IMG/VR virus record: IMGVR_UViG_2595698451_000001
Coordinates: 64,001 to 128,000 of that record
DNA from: a virus
Taxonomy: Duplodnaviria; Caudoviricetes
DNA length: 64,000 nucleotides
Reading direction: 5' to 3' (one strand)
In this document: positions 31,621 to 42,707 of the stretch, one piece after another
How positions within the stretch are numbered: the stretch's first letter is position 1
How the letters are laid out: every line of letters starts with the position of its first letter
Program-made: the position numbers and the translations under genes
The notes under the pieces: generated by a model
The model's input: the letters and a program-made list of their open reading frames with translations, nothing else
The model's database searches: none
Told to the model about the DNA's origin: nothing

Positions 31621-31815
31621 ATGGCGTATAATGACATGAACGGAAAACTGACTGACCCTAAAGTCAGCGACTACATCAGACTGCTTCAAGACCATATGGA
31701 GGTTTACGGAGACACCCGTGTCAGAGCTTACTTTGAGGACGAGTTAGTACACCCTGAAGTTCAAGCAGAACACTATAAGAACGTCTTAGTGCTTAATTTT
31801 AAGGAGGAAGAATAA
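31621..31815 (+). CDS. Hypothetical protein
   Basis: GGAGG RBS before ATG 31621; TTGACA promoter upstream. Confidence 0.65.
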   Translation: MAYNDMNGKLTDPKVSDYIRLLQDHMEVYGDTRVRAYFEDELVHPEVQAEHYKNVLVLNFKEEE

Positions 31816-31879
31816 TACAGGTCAAATGAGGTTTGCGCTGCAAGGACGGGCATACATTCTTTAAGGAGGTTACACACTA

Positions 31880-32071
31880 GTGGGAACACAATTAAACACG
31901 GAAGAAATTTTCAAAAGTAAAGGTTTGATGTTAATTATTACGGGGGCAACAGCTTTAGTTGAAGAAGAGGGAATGACACCCCGAGAAGCCTTAGAACAAC
32001 TAGAAAAGGTTAAAAATACGATCTGGGGCGCTCTTAATGAAATCCACGCAGAGCAGGGCGGTAAGAAGTAA
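31880..32071 (+). CDS. Hypothetical protein
   Basis: ORF track; AAGGAGG RBS. Confidence 0.6.
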   Translation: MGTQLNTEEIFKSKGLMLIITGATALVEEEGMTPREALEQLEKVKNTIWGALNEIHAEQGGKK

Positions 32072-32232
32072 TGAGGGAATCCCCTTGTATTAAATGTGGA
32101 AAGATGACGGATGCAGACATGACAATGTGCTGCGATGGTCGAGAGTGCGGCTGCATGGGACTTCCTATCCATCCGCCTCTGTGTGAGGAGTGTGGAGAGA
32201 CATTTTTGAGGAGGGCATGGAGTGAGAGGTAG
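32071..32232 (+). CDS. 53-aa Cys-rich putative zinc-binding protein
   Basis: CIKC..CCDGRECGC..CEEC; coupled TAATG start. Confidence 0.6.
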   Translation: MRESPCIKCGKMTDADMTMCCDGRECGCMGLPIHPPLCEECGETFLRRAWSER

Positions 32233-32661
32233 AGCGATCTACCTAACCCGAGAAGAAATGAAAATGATTGAGTTGTGTTTGGGTAATGTGGAACCGGAGG
32301 ACTTTATTGCTACAGAAAACAAATAGGAGAACTTGGAACCCGATCATAGAGCATACAAAGCATGGCATTCGATACCAGATAAGATTTTCAAAGCATTAAG
32401 GGAGGGTGCGGAGTGATGTATAAAAGCAGTACCGTCTATCTTACAAGTAAAGACAAAGAAGTGATTGACGAGTTGATTGAAATGTATTACACCGCTATAA
32501 ATCCCGATGAAGAAATGGAAGAAGGAATACGCAGAATACGAATGAAAATTGAGAAGTGAAGGAGGGTGTAGAGTGATTGAGGTTATCGTAAAAAGTAAAA
32601 TTAGCGGCAGATTCAAGAGAGGATTATTCACCGCAAGGCAGTTACAGCCCTTTCCGAACGG

Positions 32662-32700
32662 GAAAGCCCATCGCCTTTAGGCATGGGATGAAAGTGAGGT
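32662..32700. mobile_element. Possible orphan IS200/IS605-family end hairpin
   Basis: AAAGCCCATCGCCTTTAGGCATGGGATGAAAGTGAGG resembles Firmicute IS605-type subterminal hairpins; no transposase nearby. Confidence 0.35.
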
Positions 32701-32811
32701 TGGATACGGAGTACCACTAAAAATCGCTAAGTTTGTGGTGCTACAGCATACTGGACCTACGAGCAGCCTGTTGATATTGATATTTACCCCTATCAGAAAG
32801 GATGATCTAGA

Positions 32812-33024
32812 TTGAAGACAGAGATGACCATTGACGGAGGAGAGCTCACCATTAGTACCGTAGACGGTGTATTTAGTGCCACAATAGACATCGAGACTGG
32901 GGAAGTCATAAGCTTTGTATACACAGTAGCGACAGTTCCACAGGTGGCTGCATTCGCAAACAAGGTCAAGACTCGATACAACAAATTTCTTCATAGTAAA
33001 GACATTGATGATTTTATCAACTAG
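32812..33024 (+). CDS. Hypothetical protein
   Basis: ORF track; AAAGGA RBS. Confidence 0.55.
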   Translation: MKTEMTIDGGELTISTVDGVFSATIDIETGEVISFVYTVATVPQVAAFANKVKTRYNKFLHSKDIDDFIN

Positions 33025-33127
33025 GTAGAGGGGTTTCTGCTCCCTACCTTTTTTCCGTTCTATGTTATAATAAGGATATAGGAATATACATACAATTCTG
33101 AAAAATACATAGATAGGACGGATTAAC

Positions 33128-33894
33128 ATGACTAGGAAGAAGAGTTTGAACATCCACAATACGGATCGTCTCTTTAACCTTAACCTCACGACAAAGCAAG
33201 AAGAAGCTGATTTTATCAAGGTTACAAGGTTAAATGAGAAACAGATCGAGAAGGATATGGATGCATTAAAGGCAGCATCGACAAGATACAACAAACGAAA
33301 CAATAAAAGGTATCTATTGTACAAGCAGCGATACGCAAACGACACAGTTCAAGACAAGGTATTTGATCACGGAGGGCACATTTACTATTACACCACAGAC
33401 CGGGTACCCTTACCTGTAATCAATAAACTAGCCAGTGTACCTCAGTCGGAGGTGGTATACTACTGTAAGAAAGAGCACACCCTCGAAGATGTTATGAATG
33501 TGCAGCTGGCTTCTATGGCTACACAGGTTACTGTAGACGTTCCAATTGTGTTACCAGACATAAACCCTTATGACTACCTGTTTTCCCTTGCACCCTGAGG
33601 TATCATGTAGACAAAGTTAAAATCTCCTTCCCAGCTCTAAAGGAAGAAGAGCTGCAAGAGCGTCACAAAGAATACTATGTCTTCTATAATGGCATGTACC
33701 ACTTAAAAGCGCACTATAAGTATCAGTGCTTCAAATACATTCAGGAACCGCTGTCTACTTGGAAAATGAACATCTGGCTGGTATGTGACTCTAAGATGGA
33801 TAAGGATATGGTAGAGTCTTTAGTTGTCCGTAATACAAAACGTCTAAAGAAAAAGGCTGACTCGCAGGGAGGTAACTCTGATGGTCAATCGTAA
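33128..33894 (+). CDS. Conserved hypothetical protein; apparent one-base deletion near 33593
   Basis: Adding one C joins FSLAP to LRYHVDKVKISFP and the 33694 ORF. Confidence 0.65.
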
Positions 33895-34171
33895 GGAGTT
33901 AGCTAGACGAATTGCACATATATTAGGCTATAACATCGGAGAAGTGGAGGAGGTCCTAGCGGTGTCAGAGGATGTCATCGCAGATGCCTTAGCCTCTGGA
34001 GAAGAAGTTAAGATGGGAAAACTGTATAAGCTGTTCCTACAGGAACTCCCAGAGAAAAAAGCTTTCGATGGACTTAATAAGAAATACTTTGTTAGAAAGG
34101 CGAAGAAGGTACCTAAGTTTAAGCCATTGTCTCGGTTACAGAATATCAGCACAGAGGATACAGAGGAGTGA
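33881..34171 (+). CDS. HU/IHF-like DNA-binding protein
   Basis: NRKELARRIA..DALASGEEVK..KVPKFKP. Confidence 0.8.
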   Translation: MVNRKELARRIAHILGYNIGEVEEVLAVSEDVIADALASGEEVKMGKLYKLFLQELPEKKAFDGLNKKYFVRKAKKVPKFKPLSRLQNISTEDTEE

Positions 34172-34253
34172 TACTCCTCTTTTTTATGTTGACAATCGGT
34201 ATATGTTATAGTAAGATTATACACATGAATACACTGTAAAGGAGAGAGCGATA

Positions 34254-34478
34254 GTGGAAAACTCATCAGTAATATGGGTAGAGGTTCTAAAGCCCTTTGG
34301 GTACTACATCGAAGATCACCCTGTTGGAGAAGTTATGCAGGTTGATTTAGTCCACGTAAACGATCTTGTAAAAGACGGGTATGCCAAGATCGTTGTAAAC
34401 AATATGGGTGAGAACAGTCCAGTTGATAGAAACCTAGACAACTTAGACCCATTCGAAGTACAGCTATCAGAAGAGTAA
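34254..34478 (+). CDS. Hypothetical protein
   Basis: ORF track; sigA-type promoter and RBS upstream. Confidence 0.55.
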   Translation: MENSSVIWVEVLKPFGYYIEDHPVGEVMQVDLVHVNDLVKDGYAKIVVNNMGENSPVDRNLDNLDPFEVQLSEE

Positions 34479-34491
34479 GGAGGGTACAATA

Positions 34492-37400
34492 TTGAAAGTT
34501 TTATTTCTACAAGATCACCTTAAAGAGAACCATGTTAAGCAAGTAGACGGAACTCTTCGTAATGTATACTTCCAAACACAGGCAGGTAAGATTCTTAAAC
34601 GTACAGCGGAGGAGACCCTCAAGCTGAAAGGGAACGAATACTACATTGACTACGCCTACCAGCTGGTTCCGAAAGTTGTACAAAGAGATAAGTTTAACCG
34701 GGCTATACGATACAAGAAAGTAAGTTTAACAGAAGCAAGACCAGAGTTTGAGCTGCTATACGAGAGAATTATCAGGGAGAAGCCAGATATTATAGTCCCA
34801 CAAGGGAACCTTGGATGCAGTGCATTACTCAAGAAAAATGGAATCAAGTCACTTAGAGGCGTCCCTCAAAAGGTTGTTGTTAGGCACGGTAATGCCTCCC
34901 ATGAAACATGGGTACTCCCTACATTTAGTATTGAGCACATGTTAGTAGACTACAAGGTCAACAACCTTGTTGCTGCCGATTTTAGCACGTTAGGAAAGTA
35001 CATTGAACAAGGGGATGTAGCGTTTGAATCGGAGAATCGGGACTACGAATTTGTAGACAGCATCAAGCGGGTTAGAGAAATTTTTAAAACGATCTTGCCC
35101 GCTGCTCCTATTGTCGCATGGGACTTAGAGACCAATACGTTACATCCCGAAAAAGCTGGAGCAAAGCCACTCGTTATCTCCTTGTCTTGGCAGGAGGGTA
35201 CTGGGTGTACCATACCGCTAGAACATAAAGAGTTTACATGGATTCCCGGGCATTTAGCGGAGATATACGAGCACATAAAGGCATTCGTAGCTGACCCAGA
35301 TATAATCAAAGTAGGTCATAACCTGCAGTACGACATACGGTTCCTACAACTCACTAAAGGGTTTAGAGACTTTCATAACCATCGGGATACCAAGGTCATG
35401 TACTACCTACTCGTGGATCAGGATAAAGACGCTTCATTGAAGTTGAGTAACCTGAGCTATGAAATGACTGATATGGGCGGATACGACAAACCCTTAGAAG
35501 ACTTCAAGAAAAAATACGTAGAAGACTATGTTGCTAAAGAGCGAGCTCGAATCAACCAGTTGAAAGAGGATTACAAGAAAGCAGTAGCTAAAGAAAGAGC
35601 CTTAGCCAAAAAGGAGAAAAGGAAAGCGCAATTACCTCCTAAACCAAAGTTCCCTAAAGTTACTCCTCCTGTAAACGAGATAGATGGTAGTGACTTTAAC
35701 TATGAATGGATTCCTTTAGAAAGCATGTTATCTCCTTACGCATCTGGAGACGTTGACGCTTGTCTACGTATACATAACTTTTTAGAGAAGAAAGGTCAAG
35801 CAGAAGAGAACGCTAAAATTCGAAAGCTGTACACTGAGCATTATACAGAGTTGTCCGCATACCTCGCTAAGGTAGAGGCTGCGGGGGTCCAAATGAACAC
35901 GGATTACACCAGAGGACTTATTGATGCATATACAGAAGAAGAAGACAGACTTCTTCAGCTGATCCGTAAGTTCCCAGAAGTGCAGAGACTTGAAGAAGAG
36001 CATGAGGCACTATACATGAAAGGTTTAGAAGAGTGGTCTAAGCCGAAAGCCATGCGGAATGAAGAAATTGCAAAGCTACGTGATAAGTACAAAAAGAAGC
36101 TAGTCTTCAACCCAAACTCCTCAGACGACAAACAGAAGGCTCTATATAAGTACACTGGATACAGACTCCCATACAACAAAGAGTTGGTTGTTAAGTCCGC
36201 TTTTGAGGATGGAATAAGTGAGGATGAGTTAGAGTGGTATCACTATAAAGCGGATAAGACAGCTTTAGAGTACATCAAAGAGAACTTTGAGGACCTCAAA
36301 GAATTAGCTGACCTGCTGCTAACCCACTCGTTGGTTAAGACTCGGAAACAGAACTTTACATATAAGCTGTTAGACTTAGTAAATGACAAGAAGCGGCTGT
36401 ATGGTACGTTTAACCCTACAGGTACTGAGACTACACGTCTTTCCTCTAGGGACCCTAAGTAGAATTGGGGTATCTCGGTGAATTGCGGGGACATCCTTAG
36501 AGCTCCATTTACCAAGCTATACTGGAAACAGATATAGTGGCTGAACTAACTACTCAGGTAAGGTAAAAAGAATGGAGATTGGGCAAGTAAGGTTTTGGTT
36601 GTCACCCTAAATATTGGTTGAAGTGCTATATTACATTTAGAAACCAACCAATACTTTAAGAGGTGAAGTTAAAATGAGTTTTAAAGAGATTATGGACGGA
36701 TTACTTTTAGGAGATGGGTGTTTACGAAAGACAGCTAGAACAGCTAAGTACACTCACTCAGCTAAACACGAGGATTATCTTCTGTGGATTAAAAATTTCT
36801 TGGAAAAAGAAGGAGTTTCCTTTACACCTAAGATTTATAGGAAAGACGAAGGAAGAGGAATTTACTATCAGCTCCATTCAAGAGTACATGAAAGGTTAAC
36901 CGAAGAGTACCATAGGTGGTACACTGAGGAGGGTAAAAAGATATTACCTTCTGACCTAAAATTAACTCCTCTATCTGCTAAGCATTGGTATATAGGGGAC
37001 GGAGGTTTAGACTCCGACAAGGGTTACTTAAGACAAATAAGTTTTGCCGCTCATTCGTTTTCTTACGAAGAAAGAGATTATTTAGTGGCACAGCTTAAAG
37101 AGCTAGGGTTTAAAGCAAGTAACCGAAAAAGAGGTCAGATATGTATAGCTAAAAGTTCCGTTAAAGACTTTATTGATTGGATTGGAGAATGTCCTACTAA
37201 GTCTTACGAGTACAAGTGGGAATTAACCAAGTACCAATCAAAACAACCAAAATACCGAAAGCTCTGATGGATAATCCGCAGCCAAGCCTCTGAAATGCCG
37301 ATAAGTATGAGGAAGGTTCAACGACTAGATTGTGAGCTAGGCAAAGCAATAATCAATCATTAGTGCCGAGAGTTATGTAAACGGGCTGTGTATCTGAAGG

Positions 37401-39059
37401 AGGAAAAATGGAATTAATCTGGAAAGACATTCCTGAAGCTGAAGGATACGCAATAAGCAACACAGGTAAAGTTAAAAACAAGAGTACAGGTAAAATTTTA
37501 AAGACATGGGTTAATAATAGCGGTTATGAGTGTATAAAGATCAACACAAAAAAGGCAAAATTCAGAGATACAATACACCGGATAGTTGCCAAAGCTTTCT
37601 GTGAAGGTTATAAGGAAGGGTTAGTGGTAAATCATATTGACACTAATCGACTTAATAACCACGCTTCCAACTTAGAGTGGATGACTTACAAAGAAAGTAT
37701 CTCAGAAATGAAAGATCGTAATGCGCTGAATACTCATACAGCCAGAGAAGCCCATAAAAAGAACCTGATAAAGAAAGTAGATATGTATAGTAAAGACGGA
37801 AAAACTTTCTTAAAAACATTCGATTCTATACGAGAAGCCGCTAAGGAATCGGGTGCTCGTCCTGAAAAGATAACTGAAACAATTAAAGGACGAAGGTTTA
37901 CTGCGGGAGGGCATCACTGGAAGTACAATAACCCCAAAGACAACTACTCTTACTATACAAAAGGAACACGATGAAAGTATACACTAGCCCGTATACATAG
38001 CAAGATATAGTCTACTCCGACTGGTACAGCCAGTGTTAAAGTATCTCGAAAGAGACGGTATACAGGAACTTACAGCAGATTCCAAGGAAGACAGGGAACG
38101 TTAAGCGGTTCGACTACAAGCACCCTATTAAACGGATGTTTGTTACAAGCTTCCCGGGAGGAGCCCTATTACAGCTTGACTACAGCTCCCTAGAGTCTCG
38201 TATCTTAGGTTTGGCGGCTGGGGACGAAGAGATGACTCAACAGTTCTTAGATGGACGAGACTTGCACAAAGAGACAGCAACCTTCGTATACGGAGTGTCT
38301 ATGGACCAAGTTACTGAAGACATGCGTTCCATGGCTAAAGCCGTAACATTCGGACTCGCATACGGGGAGACTCCTTTCTCCTTCGCACCGAAAAACAACA
38401 TGTCCGTTGAAGAAGCTGAAGTCATCTTCCAGAAATACTTCCAGAACAAGCCGAAAGTTAAACAGTTCATTGACGCTACACACGAACAAGTGAAAAAAGA
38501 TGGTTTTGTAGAGTGTATGCAAGGATTCAGACGGAACCTACGTAATGTGTTCTCACAAGATAAGTCAAAAGTAAACGAAGCCCTACGTCAATCTGTAAAC
38601 ACCAAGATTCAGGGTTCAGGGGCATTCTTAACGAACTCTTCTGTAATTCTGATCATTAAGTTCATTGAGAAGAACAACTTGCGTTCTAAAGTCGTTCTAA
38701 CAGTACATGACTCCATCGTAATCGACTGCCCGCCGGAAGAAATCCATATCATGGCACATGCAGCTAAACACATCATGGAGAACTTACCTATCGACTGGTT
38801 GTTCATCGACTGGAAAGGCGAGAGACTTCGTTATCCAATCAAAGCTGATGTTGAGATCGGTACTAACTACAATGACATGGTTGCTTACGACAAAGATGAT
38901 CTTAACAGCTTTAAAACGGTCCAGAAATACTGTGACTTCTACTTAGCTAAGAAGGAAATCAAGAACCACAAAGAGACAGGAACTATCACTAAAGAGCGGT
39001 ATGAGGAGCTTAAAGAGCTTATCGACAGCCGTAAACCAGCTTACCAAGAAGCTGTATAA
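34492..39059 (+). CDS. polA: Family A DNA polymerase with UDG-like N-terminus and 3'-5' exonuclease; exons 34492-36456 and 38067-39059
   Basis: DLET, HNLQYD, YASGD; splicing restores TTRLSSRDP|NLQQIP; DYSSLESR, KAVTFGLAYG, VHDS. Confidence 0.93.
36674..37267 (+). CDS. Intron-encoded double-motif LAGLIDADG homing endonuclease
   Basis: IMDGLLLGDG and HWYIGDGG motifs. Confidence 0.88.
   Translation: MSFKEIMDGLLLGDGCLRKTARTAKYTHSAKHEDYLLWIKNFLEKEGVSFTPKIYRKDEGRGIYYQLHSRVHERLTEEYHRWYTEEGKKILPSDLKLTPLSAKHWYIGDGGLDSDKGYLRQISFAAHSFSYEERDYLVAQLKELGFKASNRKRGQICIAKSSVKDFIDWIGECPTKSYEYKWELTKYQSKQPKYRKL
37408..37974 (+). CDS. Intron-encoded NUMOD4-HNH endonuclease (I-HmuI-like)
   Basis: WKDIP..YAISNTGKV, IHRIVA.AF, VNHID.NRLNN..NLEW, FDSIREAAK. 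Confidence 0.9.
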   Translation: MELIWKDIPEAEGYAISNTGKVKNKSTGKILKTWVNNSGYECIKINTKKAKFRDTIHRIVAKAFCEGYKEGLVVNHIDTNRLNNHASNLEWMTYKESISEMKDRNALNTHTAREAHKKNLIKKVDMYSKDGKTFLKTFDSIREAAKESGARPEKITETIKGRRFTAGGHHWKYNNPKDNYSYYTKGTR

Positions 39060-39176
39060 ATTTTTTATAAAATACAGTTGACATACAGCCTTGGTTATAG
39101 TAAGATATAAATACAGCGGAGGGGTAATACAGAGTGCTATGCCTCTTCTCTGTCTCTACATAAGCGAGGTGAGAGA

Positions 39177-39695
39177 GTGTTAGACGTGAATATCGGTAGC
39201 CTTGACTTTTACAAGCTAAGGCTCATAGACGAGAACGGACAATTTCAAGAGTATGACCTAGAGGACCTGCTTAGAGTTAACGAAGACAACTACATGCAAG
39301 AGATGATCGAACAGCCTTCCAAGTACATCTACTGGTCGTCAGTGTTAGAGCGGCTTAAGTTCTACCAAGAAAGTGTAGAGTTAGAACTAGAGACCGTTGT
39401 AGCCAGTCTAGACCAAGAAGCCCGAGATTACCTTAAGGACACAGTACCTAAACCTACAAAAGATATGGTAGAGTCTTATATCAAAAGGCAGCCAGCTTAT
39501 AAAAGTGTTAGAGATAAGGAAATCCATTATAACTACATTGTAGGCAGGGTGCAGCGTATTGTAAAAGCTTTCGAGCAACGTAAGGACATGCTACAGTCCT
39601 ACGGTAAACAAGTTATTGATAACCAGCAGTATGGTAGAGGAGCAGGGTCTACTCTAATGTACCCTTCGTATAACCCGCCAAACCCTAATCAATAA
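39177..39695 (+). CDS. Conserved hypothetical protein (possibly UvsY-like recombination mediator)
   Basis: Helical; KAFEQRKDML; located next to ssb and recA. Confidence 0.55.
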   Translation: MLDVNIGSLDFYKLRLIDENGQFQEYDLEDLLRVNEDNYMQEMIEQPSKYIYWSSVLERLKFYQESVELELETVVASLDQEARDYLKDTVPKPTKDMVESYIKRQPAYKSVRDKEIHYNYIVGRVQRIVKAFEQRKDMLQSYGKQVIDNQQYGRGAGSTLMYPSYNPPNPNQ

Positions 39696-39798
39696 ATGGG
39701 CTATAACTTGTTTATAACAGTTGACATATGTTATAATGTATGTTAGACTGTCATTATAGTAACAAAATATTTTACATACACAGGAGGAGAAAGTTAAT

Positions 39799-41027
39799 AT
39801 GTCATTCTTAGACATCGTAAACCAAGAAGCAGGAAAGTTAAAAAGCAGCGGTAACACAGACAAAGTAGAGTACCCGAAAACAAAACATGATCGAATCTTC
39901 GCAGGAAAGGACAATCAGATCGCTGTACAGATTCTGCCAAGTGCTGATCTAAGCGGGCAATGCTGGAAGAAGATTAGAAAGCTGTATCTTACTACTGTTT
40001 CATCTCAAGGCAAAGAAGTGAAAGCCAACTTTATTCTTGATGAGGATGAGAACCCGGGCTCTATGCTTGAGCAGAAATATATGGAGTGGGTTGAACGAGA
40101 CATTTTACCTAAAGGTCGCTATGGTATCCCTACCCCTAATGAGTTCTATCTTGTAAATGCAGTTCGATTAGTTCAGGATGCTGCGGGTAACTGGACTCAA
40201 GAGCGAGACACTACAGGTCAGTTAGTTGTACGGGTACTAGAGCTTAAACCGTCTGCAATGCAGGATATCTTGAATAAGATTCAGAACACTATGTACAACA
40301 TCTCTAATACACAATTAGCGTTCTTACACCCAGATAAATCGTGTGTAACACAAATTGAGAAACCAGCAGACAACGAGTCTCCTAAAAAATACAAGTTCCA
40401 TGTATTCCCGCACTTACTTCTTCCACCATTAGGTCAAGGATGGGAACAGCAACTTGAAGACTTAGAAGAGCAAGGTACACCTACAGAACGATTAGTGAAC
40501 GGAGACAAATGGGTACAAGCGTTTATCGACATGATGGAAGGTCGTAAACCTAATCAAAACCAAGGTCAGAATGCTGCTCCAGCACCGACAGTAAACCCTT
40601 ACGCTGCACAGCAACCTAATGCTAACCCATTTGCAGGGCAGCCAGCTCCAGCGGCTAATCCGTTAGCAGGTCAGGTACCTCAGCAAAATACATATGGTCA
40701 GCCAGCTCCGGCACCAGCAGCACCACAACAACCGAATATTACAATGCCTACTGGAATGGTGAGCCAACACCTCCTCCGGTACAACCACAGGCTAACGCTA
40801 ACCTAGCGACACCTCCGGTTCAGCCGCAGGCAGCGCCAGTTCAACCAGCTCAGCCTACAGGGGGGTTAGTATCAGACCCATTACCGACTGATTTCGGTAC
40901 CACTCATCAGGTAGGTTCAGACCCTGCTAACGAAGTTCCATTACACAGTGTAGAGACTAACAGCAATGGTCTTTTAGATGTTAATGCACTTCTTCAACAG
41001 GAAGTAGGAGACCTGCCAACTGAGTAA
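39799..41027 (+). CDS. ssb: Single-stranded DNA-binding protein with Pro/Gln/Ala-rich tail; apparent frameshift near 40758
   Basis: Synteny between polA and recA; low-complexity tail continues in another frame to TAA 41025-41027. Confidence 0.6.
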
Positions 41028-41111
41028 ATGAATAGAGCCTAGTGTAACAACTAGGCTTTCTATATCAAATTTTATACATACAAGAAGTAAGAAACACTGG
41101 AGGGAAAACAT

Positions 41112-42307
41112 TTGGCAAAGAAGAAAAAACAGAATAATGTATCCGTAGACATTGACTTATCGTCTCTAGCACAGGACGCAGGGCTAACTATCCTCAGAGA
41201 TTCAGAGTACGCATTAGTTAAGGATAGACTCCCTACTTTCCTACCGAGAATTGATAAGTCTTCGGAGGCGGTTTACCGTTTGGTCGTATGATAGAAGTTG
41301 CAGGGGTTCCGGGTGGAGGTAAGTCTACATTGGCGTTCCACATAGCCCGAGTAGGCACTCAATTAGGGTGCATTGTCGTGCTTATTGACGTGGAAGGTAC
41401 AGCTGACCGGGTACGTTTAGCAGAACTAGGTATTGATATTAGCAAAGTTCTTGTTAAGCAGCCTGATCTAGAGAAGGACATCGCTCTTACCGTTGAAGAG
41501 ATCGGTAGAACGGTTGAACAGTGTCTTGAGATTTTCGGTAAGAAATACCCGGGTGTTCCTGTAGTATTCGTTTGGGACTCGGTAGGTATCACCCCGAGTG
41601 AAGGTGAGCTGGACAAAGACTATGGTGAAAAGAACGTAGGTATGCGTGCAAAAGCCATTACCCAGTTCATCACCAAAGTAGCTCCGCAGGTGACAGCACA
41701 GAAAGCAATGCTTATCGGCATTAACCAAATTCGGGCGGATATCGGCGGAAACACAATGTTCCCTACAATGTCTGTTCCGGGGGGTAAAGCTTGGGAGCAC
41801 TATGCAAGTCTACGTCTGGAAATCCAAAAGAAGGCTGCGATTAAAAAGGGTACAGAGAAGATCGGACATGAACTTGGAGTAAAAGTTAACAAGTCCAAAG
41901 TCTCTCGTCCACACCAGATCGCACTCGGATACCTCATCTCAGATAATGGTCTGGACTACGAGTATAACCTCGCTAAGATGGCAGAGGCAGACGGACTCTT
42001 AAACTCTGTAGGTCAGAGCTATGAACACGTAGACCGATATGGTGAAATACATAAGAAGAAGAAAGACAACTTTATTGAATGGCTTAAAACGCCTGATGGT
42101 CAGCACGTCCGGGAAGAGCTGCTAAACGCATTAATTGAGCATGAGTACCCGGGCGGTACATATCCAGCATTTGAAAATGATTCCTTAGACATCTCAGGGT
42201 GGATCGACAAAGTAGAGAGACAGGTTCCACAACCGCTAGACTTAGATAAGCCTGTTACAGAGAGCACCAATGTTGATGATTTATTGAACACTGATGGAGA
42301 AGGGTAA
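41112..42307 (+). CDS. recA: RecA/UvsX recombinase; apparent one-base deletion near 41257
   Basis: Repair gives IDKVFGGGLPFGRMIEVAGVPGGGKST; WDSV, INQIR, PGGKAW. Confidence 0.88.
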
Positions 42308-42347
42308 CTCCCTTCTCTCCTAATTATTAAGAAGGGCGGGTCCAGTA

Positions 42348-42707
42348 TTGCAGAAGAGAAGGCATGGCGATATTGTAGCCAATACTCTACAGTATTATAG
42401 GGAGAGAACAAAAAGCAATAACGACAGAACCCCACACCTCTATCTTGACATCAAGAAGAAGCTACAAAAGATTGCTGAAGAAGGTAAGCGTGTCCTTATC
42501 GACACTAAAGACTCCTACAGTGTTCAAACAGTATGCTTGAAATTTGATTACATCTCGGATAGATGGGCAAGGGGCACGTCAATCTGTTACTTAGATGGTA
42601 AAGAAGTGAAGGTTCCTTATACAATCCATTACTCTGACATTGTGTGCAGCCGCATGAATGTCAAAGTAATCATGGAGGGGGATAACCCTTTTGAGAGACC
42701 TCAATAA
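42348..42707 (+). CDS. Conserved hypothetical protein
   Basis: ORF track; synteny. Confidence 0.6.
   Translation: MQKRRHGDIVANTLQYYRERTKSNNDRTPHLYLDIKKKLQKIAEEGKRVLIDTKDSYSVQTVCLKFDYISDRWARGTSICYLDGKEVKVPYTIHYSDIVCSRMNVKVIMEGDNPFERPQ

Larger units (their letters stand above)
36457..38066 (+). ncRNA. Group I intron (IA2-like, 1610 nt) in polA carrying two endonuclease ORFs
   Basis: U/G boundaries; P 36481, Q 37273, R 37315, S 38002; P3 CTCGGT/GCCGAG. Confidence 0.9.

Noticed and set aside
36457-38066. Twintron or two tandem introns in polA
   Set aside because: Only one P, Q, R and S set is visible, and the exons join directly with no missing residues.
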